Shown piece after piece: positions 34,733 through 43,177 of a DNA stretch of 64,000 nt (its first letter is position 1; each line of letters opens with the position of its first letter). Both the position numbers and the translations under genes were made by a program. Below the pieces are notes generated by a model. That model saw only the letters and a program-made list of their open reading frames with translations. It made no database searches and was not told where the DNA came from. This DNA is from a virus (Duplodnaviria; Caudoviricetes): positions 2,575-66,574 of IMG/VR virus record IMGVR_UViG_3300031853_000035; one strand, 5' to 3'.

Positions 34733-35059
34733 ATGGGACTTGAAAGTAATTTTCAAAGAAAGCTTAAAGCTGAGATCAAGGAACGTTATCCGGGATGCTA
34801 TGTTCTAAAAAACGATCCAACTTATATTCAGGGAATCCCAGATCTTACAATCCTCTATAAAGATACTTGGGCAGCGCTCGAAGTTAAAAAAGACAAAGCC
34901 ACTGCTATGTCAGCAATGAAAGGCAAAAGCGGTGGAAGACCAAATCAGCCATTACACGTCGCTAGGATGAATGAGATGTCCTATGCGGCGTTTATTTATC
35001 CAGAAAACAAGGAGGATATTTTTAATGAGCTTGATAGGAAATTCGGCGTATCGAGGTGA
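34733..35059 (+). CDS. VRR-NUC domain nuclease
   Basis: LESNFQ...GIPDLTIL...ALEVKK...NQ. Confidence 0.8.
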   Translation: MGLESNFQRKLKAEIKERYPGCYVLKNDPTYIQGIPDLTILYKDTWAALEVKKDKATAMSAMKGKSGGRPNQPLHVARMNEMSYAAFIYPENKEDIFNELDRKFGVSR

Positions 35060-35720
35060 GCATGCAACGTTCAGCCCAAGCACTGTGTCATGGATTCACT
35101 ATAGCGATGAACAGTTTATGGATGCTCTTAAGAATAAATATAGAGCACAGATAGGAACTGAGATTCATGAATACGCTGCTATTCAGATAACGCTTGGTCA
35201 GAAGTGTTCATCTGTTAGAGAGATGGCCAAAGGGATTAAGACCTTTATATTTAGAAAGTATTATACAGATAAATATGGTCTTTCCGAACTTGGTAGAACT
35301 TTGCTTCAGAACATGAAATATATTCCAAATGAAGTATATGGAACGCTGAAGGCATACATTAATGATAGTATTGCTTACTTTATGGTTCCTGAGGAATGCG
35401 AGGGTGTTACAGATTACTCTAAAGACTTCTTTGGAACATGCGACGCATTATATTTTGAATCTAAGTCAAAGACGCTTAGAATCTTTGATCTTAAAACTGG
35501 GTCTAGGCCGGCTAAGATAGAGCAGGTATTTATTTATGCCGCACTTTATTGTCTACGAAACAAGGTTGACCCTTATGATATTTCGTTTGATCTTAGGGTT
35601 TACCAAAACGAAGAAGTAATTATAGCAGATCAGAACCCGGATCTTGTAAGGCAGTTTATGGATACGATTATCAGGTTTGACGCTATGGTCAGGAAGCATA
35701 ATAAAGGAGGTGCTATATGA
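35025..35720 (+). CDS. PD-(D/E)XK exonuclease (Cas4/RecB-like, DUF2800-like)
   Basis: HATFSPS, GTEIHE, FGTCDAL, IFDLKTG, QVFIYAALY. Confidence 0.75.
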   Translation: MSLIGNSAYRGEHATFSPSTVSWIHYSDEQFMDALKNKYRAQIGTEIHEYAAIQITLGQKCSSVREMAKGIKTFIFRKYYTDKYGLSELGRTLLQNMKYIPNEVYGTLKAYINDSIAYFMVPEECEGVTDYSKDFFGTCDALYFESKSKTLRIFDLKTGSRPAKIEQVFIYAALYCLRNKVDPYDISFDLRVYQNEEVIIADQNPDLVRQFMDTIIRFDAMVRKHNKGGAI

Positions 35721-38700
35721 TCGATCGTGAAGCTCTTCTTTATTTTGTTGATGACGATGAAGATTATATTATGCATTATGGCGTTGGCTGGGATGAAAAC
35801 CCGCCAGGAAGAGGATCTGGTAGATATCCGCATGGATCTGGAGAATTACCTTATCAGCGAAGTGTTGATTTTTATGAACGTGTGCAGTTCCTTAAAGCTA
35901 AGTATCCCGGAATTACTGAACTTGAACTTGCAGAAAGACTTGGCGTTTACAATCGAAGCGGAGTCAATAGAGGAAAGCCGTCTACTACCGAGTTCCGTAA
36001 GAAGCTCTCTGCTGCTACGCAGCTTAGAAAAGCAGCACTTATATCTGAGGCCCAGTCTTTAAAAGAGACGGGCATGTCAAATGTTGATATTGGCAAGCAG
36101 ATGGGTGTTAATGAGTCAGTCGTAAGAAGCTGGTTGTCTGAAGGCCGGTCCGATAGAGCAAATGCATCTATGAAAACGTCCGAGGTTCTTAAAGACTTTG
36201 TCGATAGAAATAAGTATGTTGATATTGGTCCCGGAACAAACTATGCATTTGGTGTAAGTGAAGGCCGGTTTGACACTGCGGTTCATCTTCTTGAAGAGCA
36301 GGGCTATAAAAAGCAGTTCCTTCAGATTGATCAAATGGGTACTGATCATAAAACAACGCTTACGGTTCTTACGAAACCTGATGTTGATTATGCTGAGCTT
36401 AGCGAGAACCGGTTTGATATTCGCTCGCCATTAGTTGCTAATAAGGTCATTGATTCAAAAGGTGACGTTACAGCACTTGGCGTGTCTACAGAGCTTCCTA
36501 GTGTTAGTTCTGACAGAATTATGGTTAATTATGATTCACCAAAGGATGGCCTTGTAGAACTTAGACGAGGCGTAGATGACATTTCTCTTGGAAAAAAGAA
36601 CTATGCTCAGGTTCGAATTGCTGTGGACGGCAGCCATTATATTAAGGGAATGGCTGTGTACAGCGACGACATGCCAAAAGGAGTTGACATTATCTTCAAC
36701 ACCAATAAAAAAGAAGGAACACCATTATATTCTAATGATCCCGATGCCAAGCAGGTGTTAAAACCGATGAAAACAATTAAAGATAGAGACGGTAAAGTAA
36801 TTGGTATCGATTGGGACAATCCGTTTGGCGCCTCTATTGACAAAGATTCAGAAATTATGACAACGGTTGGCAAATACATTGGAAAAGATGGTAAAGAGCA
36901 TATTTCAGCAATTAATGTTGTCAGAGAAGAAGGCGACTGGATGAAATGGGACAAAAACCTTGCATCACAGTATCTTTCAAAGCAGCCATTAAAGACTGCA
37001 GAAAGACAGCTTGCTCTTACAGCTGCAGATAAACGATACGAGCTTGACGAAATAAAAGCGCTTGATAATCCTACGGTTAAAAAGAAGCTTTTAATAGCAT
37101 ATGCTGATAAATGTGATGCTCTTGCGGTTGACTTAAAAGCTGCCCCGTTTAGAGATCAGCAAACTCATGTACTGCTTCCGTCTCCAGATCTTAGTGATAA
37201 TGAAATCTATGCCCCAAAATACAAAGATGGAACAAGGGTTGCTCTTGCTAGATATCCGTTTGCCGGTCCGTTTGAGTCTCCTGAGCTTACGGTGAGAAAC
37301 ACAGGATCTCCTGCGCAGAAGATGATACCGATGTCTTCTCCAGATGCCGTTGTTATATCTAAAAAGCGATTGGACCAGATGTCTGGAGCAGACTGTGATG
37401 GCGATACCGCTATTGTTATTCCGCTTAGCGATAAAGTTAAGGTCAGGACGGCAAAAGACACACTCAAAGAGCTTAAAGGATTCGACCCCAAAGAGCAGTA
37501 TGCTGGATATCCTGGGATGCCAATCGCTAAGCATCAGACGCTTCAGACCGAAATGGGCAAGGTTTCGAATCTTATAACTGACATGTATCAGCAGAATGCT
37601 CCAGATTCTGATATTGCTAAGGCGGTCAGACATTCGATGGTTGTTATCGATGCTGAAAAGCATAAGCTTGACTGGAAAAGGTCAGAGAAAGATAACCAGA
37701 TATTGGAGCTTAAGCAGATCTACCAGAACCATGGTGATGGAAAGACCGGAGCATCCACAATTATATCTAGGGCTAGCTCTGACTACTTAGTTGATCAGCG
37801 TAAGGATTGGCGCCCAAGTAAAGGTAGCGAAAAGAGCCCTGCTACCATTGATGAAGAAGGTAATAAATTATATTCTTTAACCGGTGGTACATATAAAGAA
37901 GGTAAGTTAAATCTTAAAGGCGTAAAGCTTACTAGTGGAGACACCGTTAACCTGTCGTACGATAAGGATAATGGATTATATTTTACGAAAAGAGAAGGTA
38001 AGACATCTACAAGAAATTATATTTCAGATGACGACCTTCCAGAACGTCTTCGTGGCCTGTCCATTAAGCAAGGCGGATGGATAAATGTCAACGAGGATAA
38101 GAAGAGTGGGCAATTATATTTTCTCAAGACTGATACAAACACTGGAAAGAAGACCAGGGTGTATGTATCTGACGGCGATCTTCTTGATACCAAGGAAACT
38201 GTTCGTCAACAAAAGAGTACCAAGATGGCTGAGGCTACGGACGCGTATAAATTAACATCCGGAGGCAGTAAGGAGAATCCTGGATATCCTATGGAGAAGG
38301 TGTACGCGGAGTTCGCCAATAATATGAAGGACCTCGCTAGAGAAGCTAGACGGGAGTGGATGCGGACCGGAAACCTTGAGTATCATCCAGAGGCTTATAA
38401 GAAGTATAAGACAGAAGTGGACTCTCTTAACGAAAAACTTCAGCAGGCCCTTGCAAATGCACCATTTGAGAGGCAGGCCCAGCTTATGGCAAACCGGACC
38501 ATGGCTATAAAGAAGTTTGAAAATCCAGACATGTCAAGAGAAGAAGCTAAAAAGAAGCGTGGTCAAGCCATTGTTGCGGCTAGAACCAAACTTGGCAGTA
38601 AAAAGAAACAGATACAGATAACGGACAAAGAGTATGAGGCTATTCGTGCTGGTGCCATATCAGAAAGTAAGCTTACTAAGATCATGGACAACGCAGACCT

Positions 38701-38863
38701 TGATACTCTTAGACAGCAGGCGACACCTAAGGCGAAGAAGACCATCACACCGAGTATGGAGGCCCTGGCTAGGAGCATGGCAGCCACTGGCGCCACTCAG
38801 GCAGAGATAGCTGATCGTCTTGGCATCTCTACTTCTAGTGTATATAGCATTGTTAAAGGTTAA
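35717..38863 (+). CDS. Single-subunit two-barrel RNA polymerase candidate (YonO/cellular RdRP-like) with three HTH motifs
   Basis: AQVRI...IKGMAV, ARYP, MSGADCDGD (DxDGD), MGKVSNL, HSMVVIDAEKH in the RdRP/YonO order; HTHs at both termini. Confidence 0.8.
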   Translation: MIDREALLYFVDDDEDYIMHYGVGWDENPPGRGSGRYPHGSGELPYQRSVDFYERVQFLKAKYPGITELELAERLGVYNRSGVNRGKPSTTEFRKKLSAATQLRKAALISEAQSLKETGMSNVDIGKQMGVNESVVRSWLSEGRSDRANASMKTSEVLKDFVDRNKYVDIGPGTNYAFGVSEGRFDTAVHLLEEQGYKKQFLQIDQMGTDHKTTLTVLTKPDVDYAELSENRFDIRSPLVANKVIDSKGDVTALGVSTELPSVSSDRIMVNYDSPKDGLVELRRGVDDISLGKKNYAQVRIAVDGSHYIKGMAVYSDDMPKGVDIIFNTNKKEGTPLYSNDPDAKQVLKPMKTIKDRDGKVIGIDWDNPFGASIDKDSEIMTTVGKYIGKDGKEHISAINVVREEGDWMKWDKNLASQYLSKQPLKTAERQLALTAADKRYELDEIKALDNPTVKKKLLIAYADKCDALAVDLKAAPFRDQQTHVLLPSPDLSDNEIYAPKYKDGTRVALARYPFAGPFESPELTVRNTGSPAQKMIPMSSPDAVVISKKRLDQMSGADCDGDTAIVIPLSDKVKVRTAKDTLKELKGFDPKEQYAGYPGMPIAKHQTLQTEMGKVSNLITDMYQQNAPDSDIAKAVRHSMVVIDAEKHKLDWKRSEKDNQILELKQIYQNHGDGKTGASTIISRASSDYLVDQRKDWRPSKGSEKSPATIDEEGNKLYSLTGGTYKEGKLNLKGVKLTSGDTVNLSYDKDNGLYFTKREGKTSTRNYISDDDLPERLRGLSIKQGGWINVNEDKKSGQLYFLKTDTNTGKKTRVYVSDGDLLDTKETVRQQKSTKMAEATDAYKLTSGGSKENPGYPMEKVYAEFANNMKDLAREARREWMRTGNLEYHPEAYKKYKTEVDSLNEKLQQALANAPFERQAQLMANRTMAIKKFENPDMSREEAKKKRGQAIVAARTKLGSKKKQIQITDKEYEAIRAGAISESKLTKIMDNADLDTLRQQATPKAKKTITPSMEALARSMAATGATQAEIADRLGISTSSVYSIVKG

Positions 38864-38879
38864 TGAAAGGAGGTTTATT

Positions 38880-39179
38880 ATGGCTGCTTGCATGGCTACA
38901 ACCATTGACAATCCATACAATCCTTTCACTCACTTTGATGAATGGTATGTGTATGATCAGTCGCATGGTTACAATACTTGTGGCCTTGTTGCTTATTTTA
39001 ATGAAGCATCACGCTTTATGGAAGAAGAAGACTATGAGTTTGAGACAAATGAAGCTATCAATAAGCTTTTGGAACTCAATCCGTATAATCTTCACATGAA
39101 AGTGTATGAAAAAGATGCTGACAAGTTCATAGCTTTGGCAAATAAAGCTTATGACGAACAAAAAGATGCAAAACAGTAA
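38880..39179 (+). CDS. 99-aa hypothetical protein
   Basis: GAAAGGAGG RBS; TTIDNPYNPFTHFDEW. Confidence 0.75.
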   Translation: MAACMATTIDNPYNPFTHFDEWYVYDQSHGYNTCGLVAYFNEASRFMEEEDYEFETNEAINKLLELNPYNLHMKVYEKDADKFIALANKAYDEQKDAKQ

Positions 39180-39361
39180 TGGTATCTTACGTTTTTAATT
39201 CTAACCCAACCATGTTTTATAACGATTAATCTAATTTTAAGACTAATCGTTGACTATTCTTCATTTTTAATCCTTTCTTACACGTTAGACATCCCTTGAT
39301 CCATAATTAAACTCTGTATTATGCAAGTATAGAGTCTAATTATGGTCTCGGGACGTCTAAC

Positions 39362-39460
39362 AAAAAGGGGGAGGGGGGGGTCTAAAATATGGCACCCCCT
39401 TTTGCATCGCGGTCGGTCCTAAAAAATTCTCCGCGGGATATTTTTTGAGAACTTTTCAAG
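39362..39460. other. Putative packaging (cos/pac) region, including a copy of the second-class motif
   Basis: G-run and C-run inverted repeat (aaaagggg/cccctttt) in the non-coding gap before the TerS-like and HNH genes. Confidence 0.45.
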
Positions 39461-39477
39461 GATATTTTCGCTCTGAA

Positions 39478-39633
39478 GAGGTACTGATCGCTTGCCAAAT
39501 AAGTCCTATTAGATACACATGTCACTTAGAGAGGTACCTAACCATGCCAGATTACCTCCAGGACTGCGGTTTAAGGTTTCTTCAGTATCTCCTTTACTTA
39601 AATCAAGGGTTAGGTATCTCTCTAAATGACATG
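39478..39633 (+). ncRNA. Candidate pseudoknotted RNA / 5' leader of the packaging operon
   Basis: 26-nt helix 39518..39543 with 39608..39633 crossing a 10-bp helix 39478..39487 with 39582..39591; imperfections are G-U on the + strand. Confidence 0.55.
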
Positions 39634-39661
39634 CGAACGAAAGAAAGCGAGGATATTTGTA

Positions 39662-40009
39662 ATGGCTAAAGAGAAAACAGAGGCAAAAAAGCCCACAGGA
39701 CCTCGCCCGTCATTTAAAACGCAGGAAGCATATGAACAGTATCTTATTGGTTTAGCTTACAATCTCGTTGAGGAGAGGCTTTTAGATGGAACAGCAACAT
39801 CTCAAGAGACAGTACACTTTCTTAGAATGGGATCGGCAAGAGAAAAGCGAGCGGCAGAGCTTGAAAACACACAGATCAATCTTAAGAAGGCTCAGATAGA
39901 GCAGCTTGAAAGCCAAAAGCATATGGAACAACTGTATCAAGAAGCAATCAATGCTGTAAAGTCATATGCTTCGCCAGTTACAATGGAAGGTCCAGATCTA
40001 CATGAATAG
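39662..40009 (+). CDS. Probable terminase small subunit
   Basis: First gene after the packaging region; GTATSQETVHFL followed by a coiled coil. Confidence 0.5.
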   Translation: MAKEKTEAKKPTGPRPSFKTQEAYEQYLIGLAYNLVEERLLDGTATSQETVHFLRMGSAREKRAAELENTQINLKKAQIEQLESQKHMEQLYQEAINAVKSYASPVTMEGPDLHE

Positions 40010-40415
40010 ATCATATAGTGAATTAATAAAGTTGCCGACATTTCTAGAGAGATTTAACTATTTACAATTATACGGCAAGGTCGGGTCGGCAACATTTGGT
40101 GATCAGAGATATTTGAATCAAACGCTTTATAGGCTTCCCGAGTGGAAGCGAGTTAGGAACGAAATAATCATTAGAGATAATGCATGTGACCTTGCCCATC
40201 CTGACTATCAAATCGATTCACAGTCAGTATACATACATCACATCAATCCTATAACTGTTCAGGATATTTTGGATCGAAACTTTAAGGTCTTTGATCATGA
40301 CAATCTAGTAACAACAACATTCGCTACACATCAGGCTATTCACTATGGCGGCCAGGAAGTTAAAAAGATGCTTTTAGTAGATCGCTGCCCTAATGATACC
40401 TGCCCGTGGAAGTAA
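40002..40415 (+). CDS. HNH endonuclease (packaging-associated)
   Basis: EWKRVRNEIIIRDNACDL...YIHHINP...HQAIHYG. Confidence 0.85.
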   Translation: MNRSYSELIKLPTFLERFNYLQLYGKVGSATFGDQRYLNQTLYRLPEWKRVRNEIIIRDNACDLAHPDYQIDSQSVYIHHINPITVQDILDRNFKVFDHDNLVTTTFATHQAIHYGGQEVKKMLLVDRCPNDTCPWK

Positions 40416-40426
40416 AGGAGGTGCCC

Positions 40427-40789
40427 ATGGAAGATAGCATATTTCGAACAATAAAGTCCATGCTTGGATATGGCACGTTCTATGATCCAGAGGATGCGTT
40501 CGATCAGGACATCATGGTTCACATAAATACTATCCTTATGGTATTGACAGATCTTGGCGTTGGAAAAGAAGACTTCACGATCAGTGACGAAACGGCGACT
40601 TGGGACGACTTTCTGTCTGAGAGTAACGTTCGTTTGGATCACGTTAAGTCTTATATGTATCTTAGGGTGAGACAGCTTTTCGATCCTCCAGCAAGCAGCG
40701 CTTTAGCAACCGCTTTTGATAAGCAGATCGAAGAACTTGGTTGGAGGCTTAGAGAGAAGGCCGACTACTACGAAAAGATTGAGGCATAG
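40427..40789 (+). CDS. Head-tail connector/adaptor-like protein
   Basis: SIFRTIKSMLG...FDQDI...YLRVRQLFDPPASS...WRL. Confidence 0.55.
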   Translation: MEDSIFRTIKSMLGYGTFYDPEDAFDQDIMVHINTILMVLTDLGVGKEDFTISDETATWDDFLSESNVRLDHVKSYMYLRVRQLFDPPASSALATAFDKQIEELGWRLREKADYYEKIEA

Positions 40790-40791
40790 AT

Positions 40792-41038
40792 ATGTCCTAC
40801 ATTCATTACAATCCAAACCCGGCTAATAAATCTGTCGGAGATTGCGTCGTACGAGCGCTAATAATACTATTTAATGACACTTGGGAGAATGTTTATGCAG
40901 ACATCACAATGCAGGGAGCTTTCATTTACAATATGCCAAGCTCGGATGCTGTCTGGGGAGATGACACAGCAGCAGTACAATAACGTGCTGCAACTTGCCG
41001 GGATGATTTCTGGACAAAATAACAATGGGTACCAGTGA
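40792..41038 (+). pseudogene. Deletion-fused remnant of two accessory genes
   Basis: YNPNPANKSVGDCVVRAL...DAVWG ends abruptly; a different frame gives GEMTQQQYNNVLQLA... across the junction. Confidence 0.5.
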
Positions 41039-41197
41039 CCAAACGGTATTTGCTATGAGTATCTAAATCGATATCTGCCATTTATAGGGGACAATAATAA
41101 TCTTAAGTCCAACGTTAAGCAGCGTACGCTTTAATGGAGGTCGATTTAGATTCCTAGCAGCCGTTTAGTTACATTAAAATTTAATGTCGTTTGGTCA
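41036..41197 (+). ncRNA. Candidate multi-branch structured RNA with an alternative pairing
   Basis: aaacgg/ccgttt, tgcta/tagca, atctaaatcga/tcgatttagat, ccatt/aatgg, ggac/gtcc, agcg/cgct; alternative tgaccaaacgg/tcgtttggtca. Confidence 0.55.
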
Positions 41198-41224
41198 AAA
41201 TATTAATTAATGGAGGGAGTAGTA

Positions 41225-41333
41225 ATGAGTTTAACAAATGAAAACTCTGGAATTGTTATGCCTGTCGGACCCATGTACGGGAACGGAAATGGTAGAAAAA
41301 GAGATTCAGCGTCTTAGAAGAGGCGACAGATAA
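41225..41333 (+). pseudogene. Deletion-fused remnant (Gly-rich gene start joined to another gene's end)
   Basis: Strong RBS + MSLTNENSGIVMPVGPMYGNGNG stops after 30 aa; the other frame gives VEKEIQRLRRGDR-stop. Confidence 0.5.
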
Positions 41334-41391
41334 GAGACTATTGTGGAGACCTGCCGCATTGGTGGGTCTTTCCTTTTAGAAGGGAGACTGC

Positions 41392-41772
41392 ATGAATACG
41401 ACTATTATTGTGGCACTAATTGCCGGATTTACATCATCTGGTTTCATGTCTCTTGTCGTCTATCTGCTCAGCAGACATGACCGGATAAAAGAAAAAGAAG
41501 CTGAGAACAATTCAGCGCAATCACGAATGCTGCTTGGCCTTGGCCACGATAAGATTCTTTATCTTACCGATAGGTATGTAAAGAGAGGATCTATAACACT
41601 TAAAGAGAAGAGAAATTTGGAGTTTTTGGCGGAGCCATACTTTGACCTCGGCGGAAATGGAGACTGCAAGATCGGATACGATGCTTGCCAGAAATTACCG
41701 GTGATTTCGGAAGATGATGCTGATGAAATCGACATGAGACACCGGAGAAAGGAGTTCGGCCTTGAAGCTTAA
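41392..41772 (+). CDS. Holin-associated membrane protein
   Basis: N-terminal TM helix; LLGLGHDKI...LGGNG; adjacent to the holin. Confidence 0.65.
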   Translation: MNTTIIVALIAGFTSSGFMSLVVYLLSRHDRIKEKEAENNSAQSRMLLGLGHDKILYLTDRYVKRGSITLKEKRNLEFLAEPYFDLGGNGDCKIGYDACQKLPVISEDDADEIDMRHRRKEFGLEA

Positions 41773-41989
41773 CAATAAGACATATGACATTCTTAAATGG
41801 ATTGCCCAGATTCTGCTTCCGGCGCTCGGAACACTTTACTTTGCTTTATCAAAGATTTGGGGATTTCCGTTCGCAACAGAGGTTGTAGGAACCATAGCTG
41901 CGATCGACACGTTTCTCGGTGCTGTTCTCGGGATCTCTACAACGAACTACAAGAAGAGCTTAGAGGAGAGTGAGACTGGAGGTGAATAA
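41762..41989 (+). CDS. Holin (Dp-1-like family)
   Basis: NKTYDILKWIAQILLPALGTLYFALSKIWGFP...TFLGAVLGIST; TTG start. Confidence 0.85.
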   Translation: MKLNNKTYDILKWIAQILLPALGTLYFALSKIWGFPFATEVVGTIAAIDTFLGAVLGISTTNYKKSLEESETGGE

Positions 41990-41994
41990 TCAAA

Positions 41995-42900
41995 ATGGCT
42001 ATTTACTACGAAAGCTATTACGGTGTTTCATCTCTTGGCGATGACTATTTAATGCACCACGGCATCAAAGGTATGAAGTGGGGTGTTAGACGATACCAGA
42101 ATCCTGACGGGTCTCTTACCGGAGCTGGCAGACTTAGATACGGGATAGCGGAAGGTGCTAAGAAAGTCGGGCAGGCTGCGGCAGCAGCAGGCAAAGGCGC
42201 AAAGAAAGCTTATGTGACAGTTGACCGTGCGCTTGGTAAATGGGCGGCCAAACGTGGCGACGCGGCTTCTTTTCAGAAACATTCAAAGAATTTCACGACA
42301 GAAGAAGTGGCCGATATGGTTAAACGCATCAATACGATGCAGTCTATTGATGATCTAAAAAATAGACGTTCTGCTAATAATGCGGCCAGATTTACCAGAA
42401 ACATTCAGACTATTGGTCTTGCTATTAATACTGGCGTTGCTGTTGGTAAAGCGGCAAAAGGCTTCGTCAAATGGGTTGCTAAGGACAAGGATAAAGAGGC
42501 TTGGAAGGCGGCTAGCGAAAAGCAAGAGGCAGCCATCGTTAAAGACGTGCGAGATAGCGTTATGAAGAATGGAGGCAGTGCGGCAGAGGCAAGTAGAGAA
42601 GCTCAGAAAGCGTTGAAAGAATGGCGCAACGCAAAGCCTAGCTCCTCTGATAATAAATCTGGATCATTCTTAGACCGTGATACGAAATTAAAGCAGGTTG
42701 ACAGCATTTATAGCGAACTAAGCAATAAAAAGCGTAGACAAAACGTACCAATAATTCGCTCAAACGTCGTTCTAAAGAAACCAGTCGAGGACATTGCGAC
42801 AAGAACGTACTCATGGTCGACCGATAGCGATAATCGTCGTTCATATATTGATTATATGAAACTAGCTAACAGGAAAAAGAAGAAAGATAGCGATGATTGA
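41995..42900 (+). CDS. Basic protein with HHGIKGMKWGVRR motif (putative internal virion protein)
   Basis: DDYLMHHGIKGMKWGVRRYQNPDGSLT; Lys/Ala-rich. Confidence 0.7.
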   Translation: MAIYYESYYGVSSLGDDYLMHHGIKGMKWGVRRYQNPDGSLTGAGRLRYGIAEGAKKVGQAAAAAGKGAKKAYVTVDRALGKWAAKRGDAASFQKHSKNFTTEEVADMVKRINTMQSIDDLKNRRSANNAARFTRNIQTIGLAINTGVAVGKAAKGFVKWVAKDKDKEAWKAASEKQEAAIVKDVRDSVMKNGGSAAEASREAQKALKEWRNAKPSSSDNKSGSFLDRDTKLKQVDSIYSELSNKKRRQNVPIIRSNVVLKKPVEDIATRTYSWSTDSDNRRSYIDYMKLANRKKKKDSDD

Positions 42901-43154
42901 CTAACGGCTTCATAAAAGATAATCGGAATGGTTATAAAAAACTAAATTCAGCATGGCGGACCGCTCTTGAAAAATATAATAATACTGCAAATACTTATGC
43001 AAAAGAGTCATATGAAAAGCACGGAAGTGCAGCGATGAAAGCGTGGGCGGAAGCCGAAGGTATCAACTATGAGAACGTACGCGGTAAAGATAAAGATCTG
43101 CTTGCATATATGATAAAGCAACAAACGGAGGAGCGGTATAAGAGAGCCAAGTAA
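42897..43154 (+). CDS. 85-aa hypothetical protein
   Basis: Overlaps the upstream stop; TTG start per the ORF track. Confidence 0.5.
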   Translation: MTNGFIKDNRNGYKKLNSAWRTALEKYNNTANTYAKESYEKHGSAAMKAWAEAEGINYENVRGKDKDLLAYMIKQQTEERYKRAK

Positions 43155-43177
43155 AGTTTTAAAGGAGTTGATAATGC

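Noticed and set aside
35025-35720. Cas4 as part of a CRISPR-Cas system
   Set aside because: Stand-alone PD-(D/E)XK exonuclease next to VRR-NUC; no array or other cas genes
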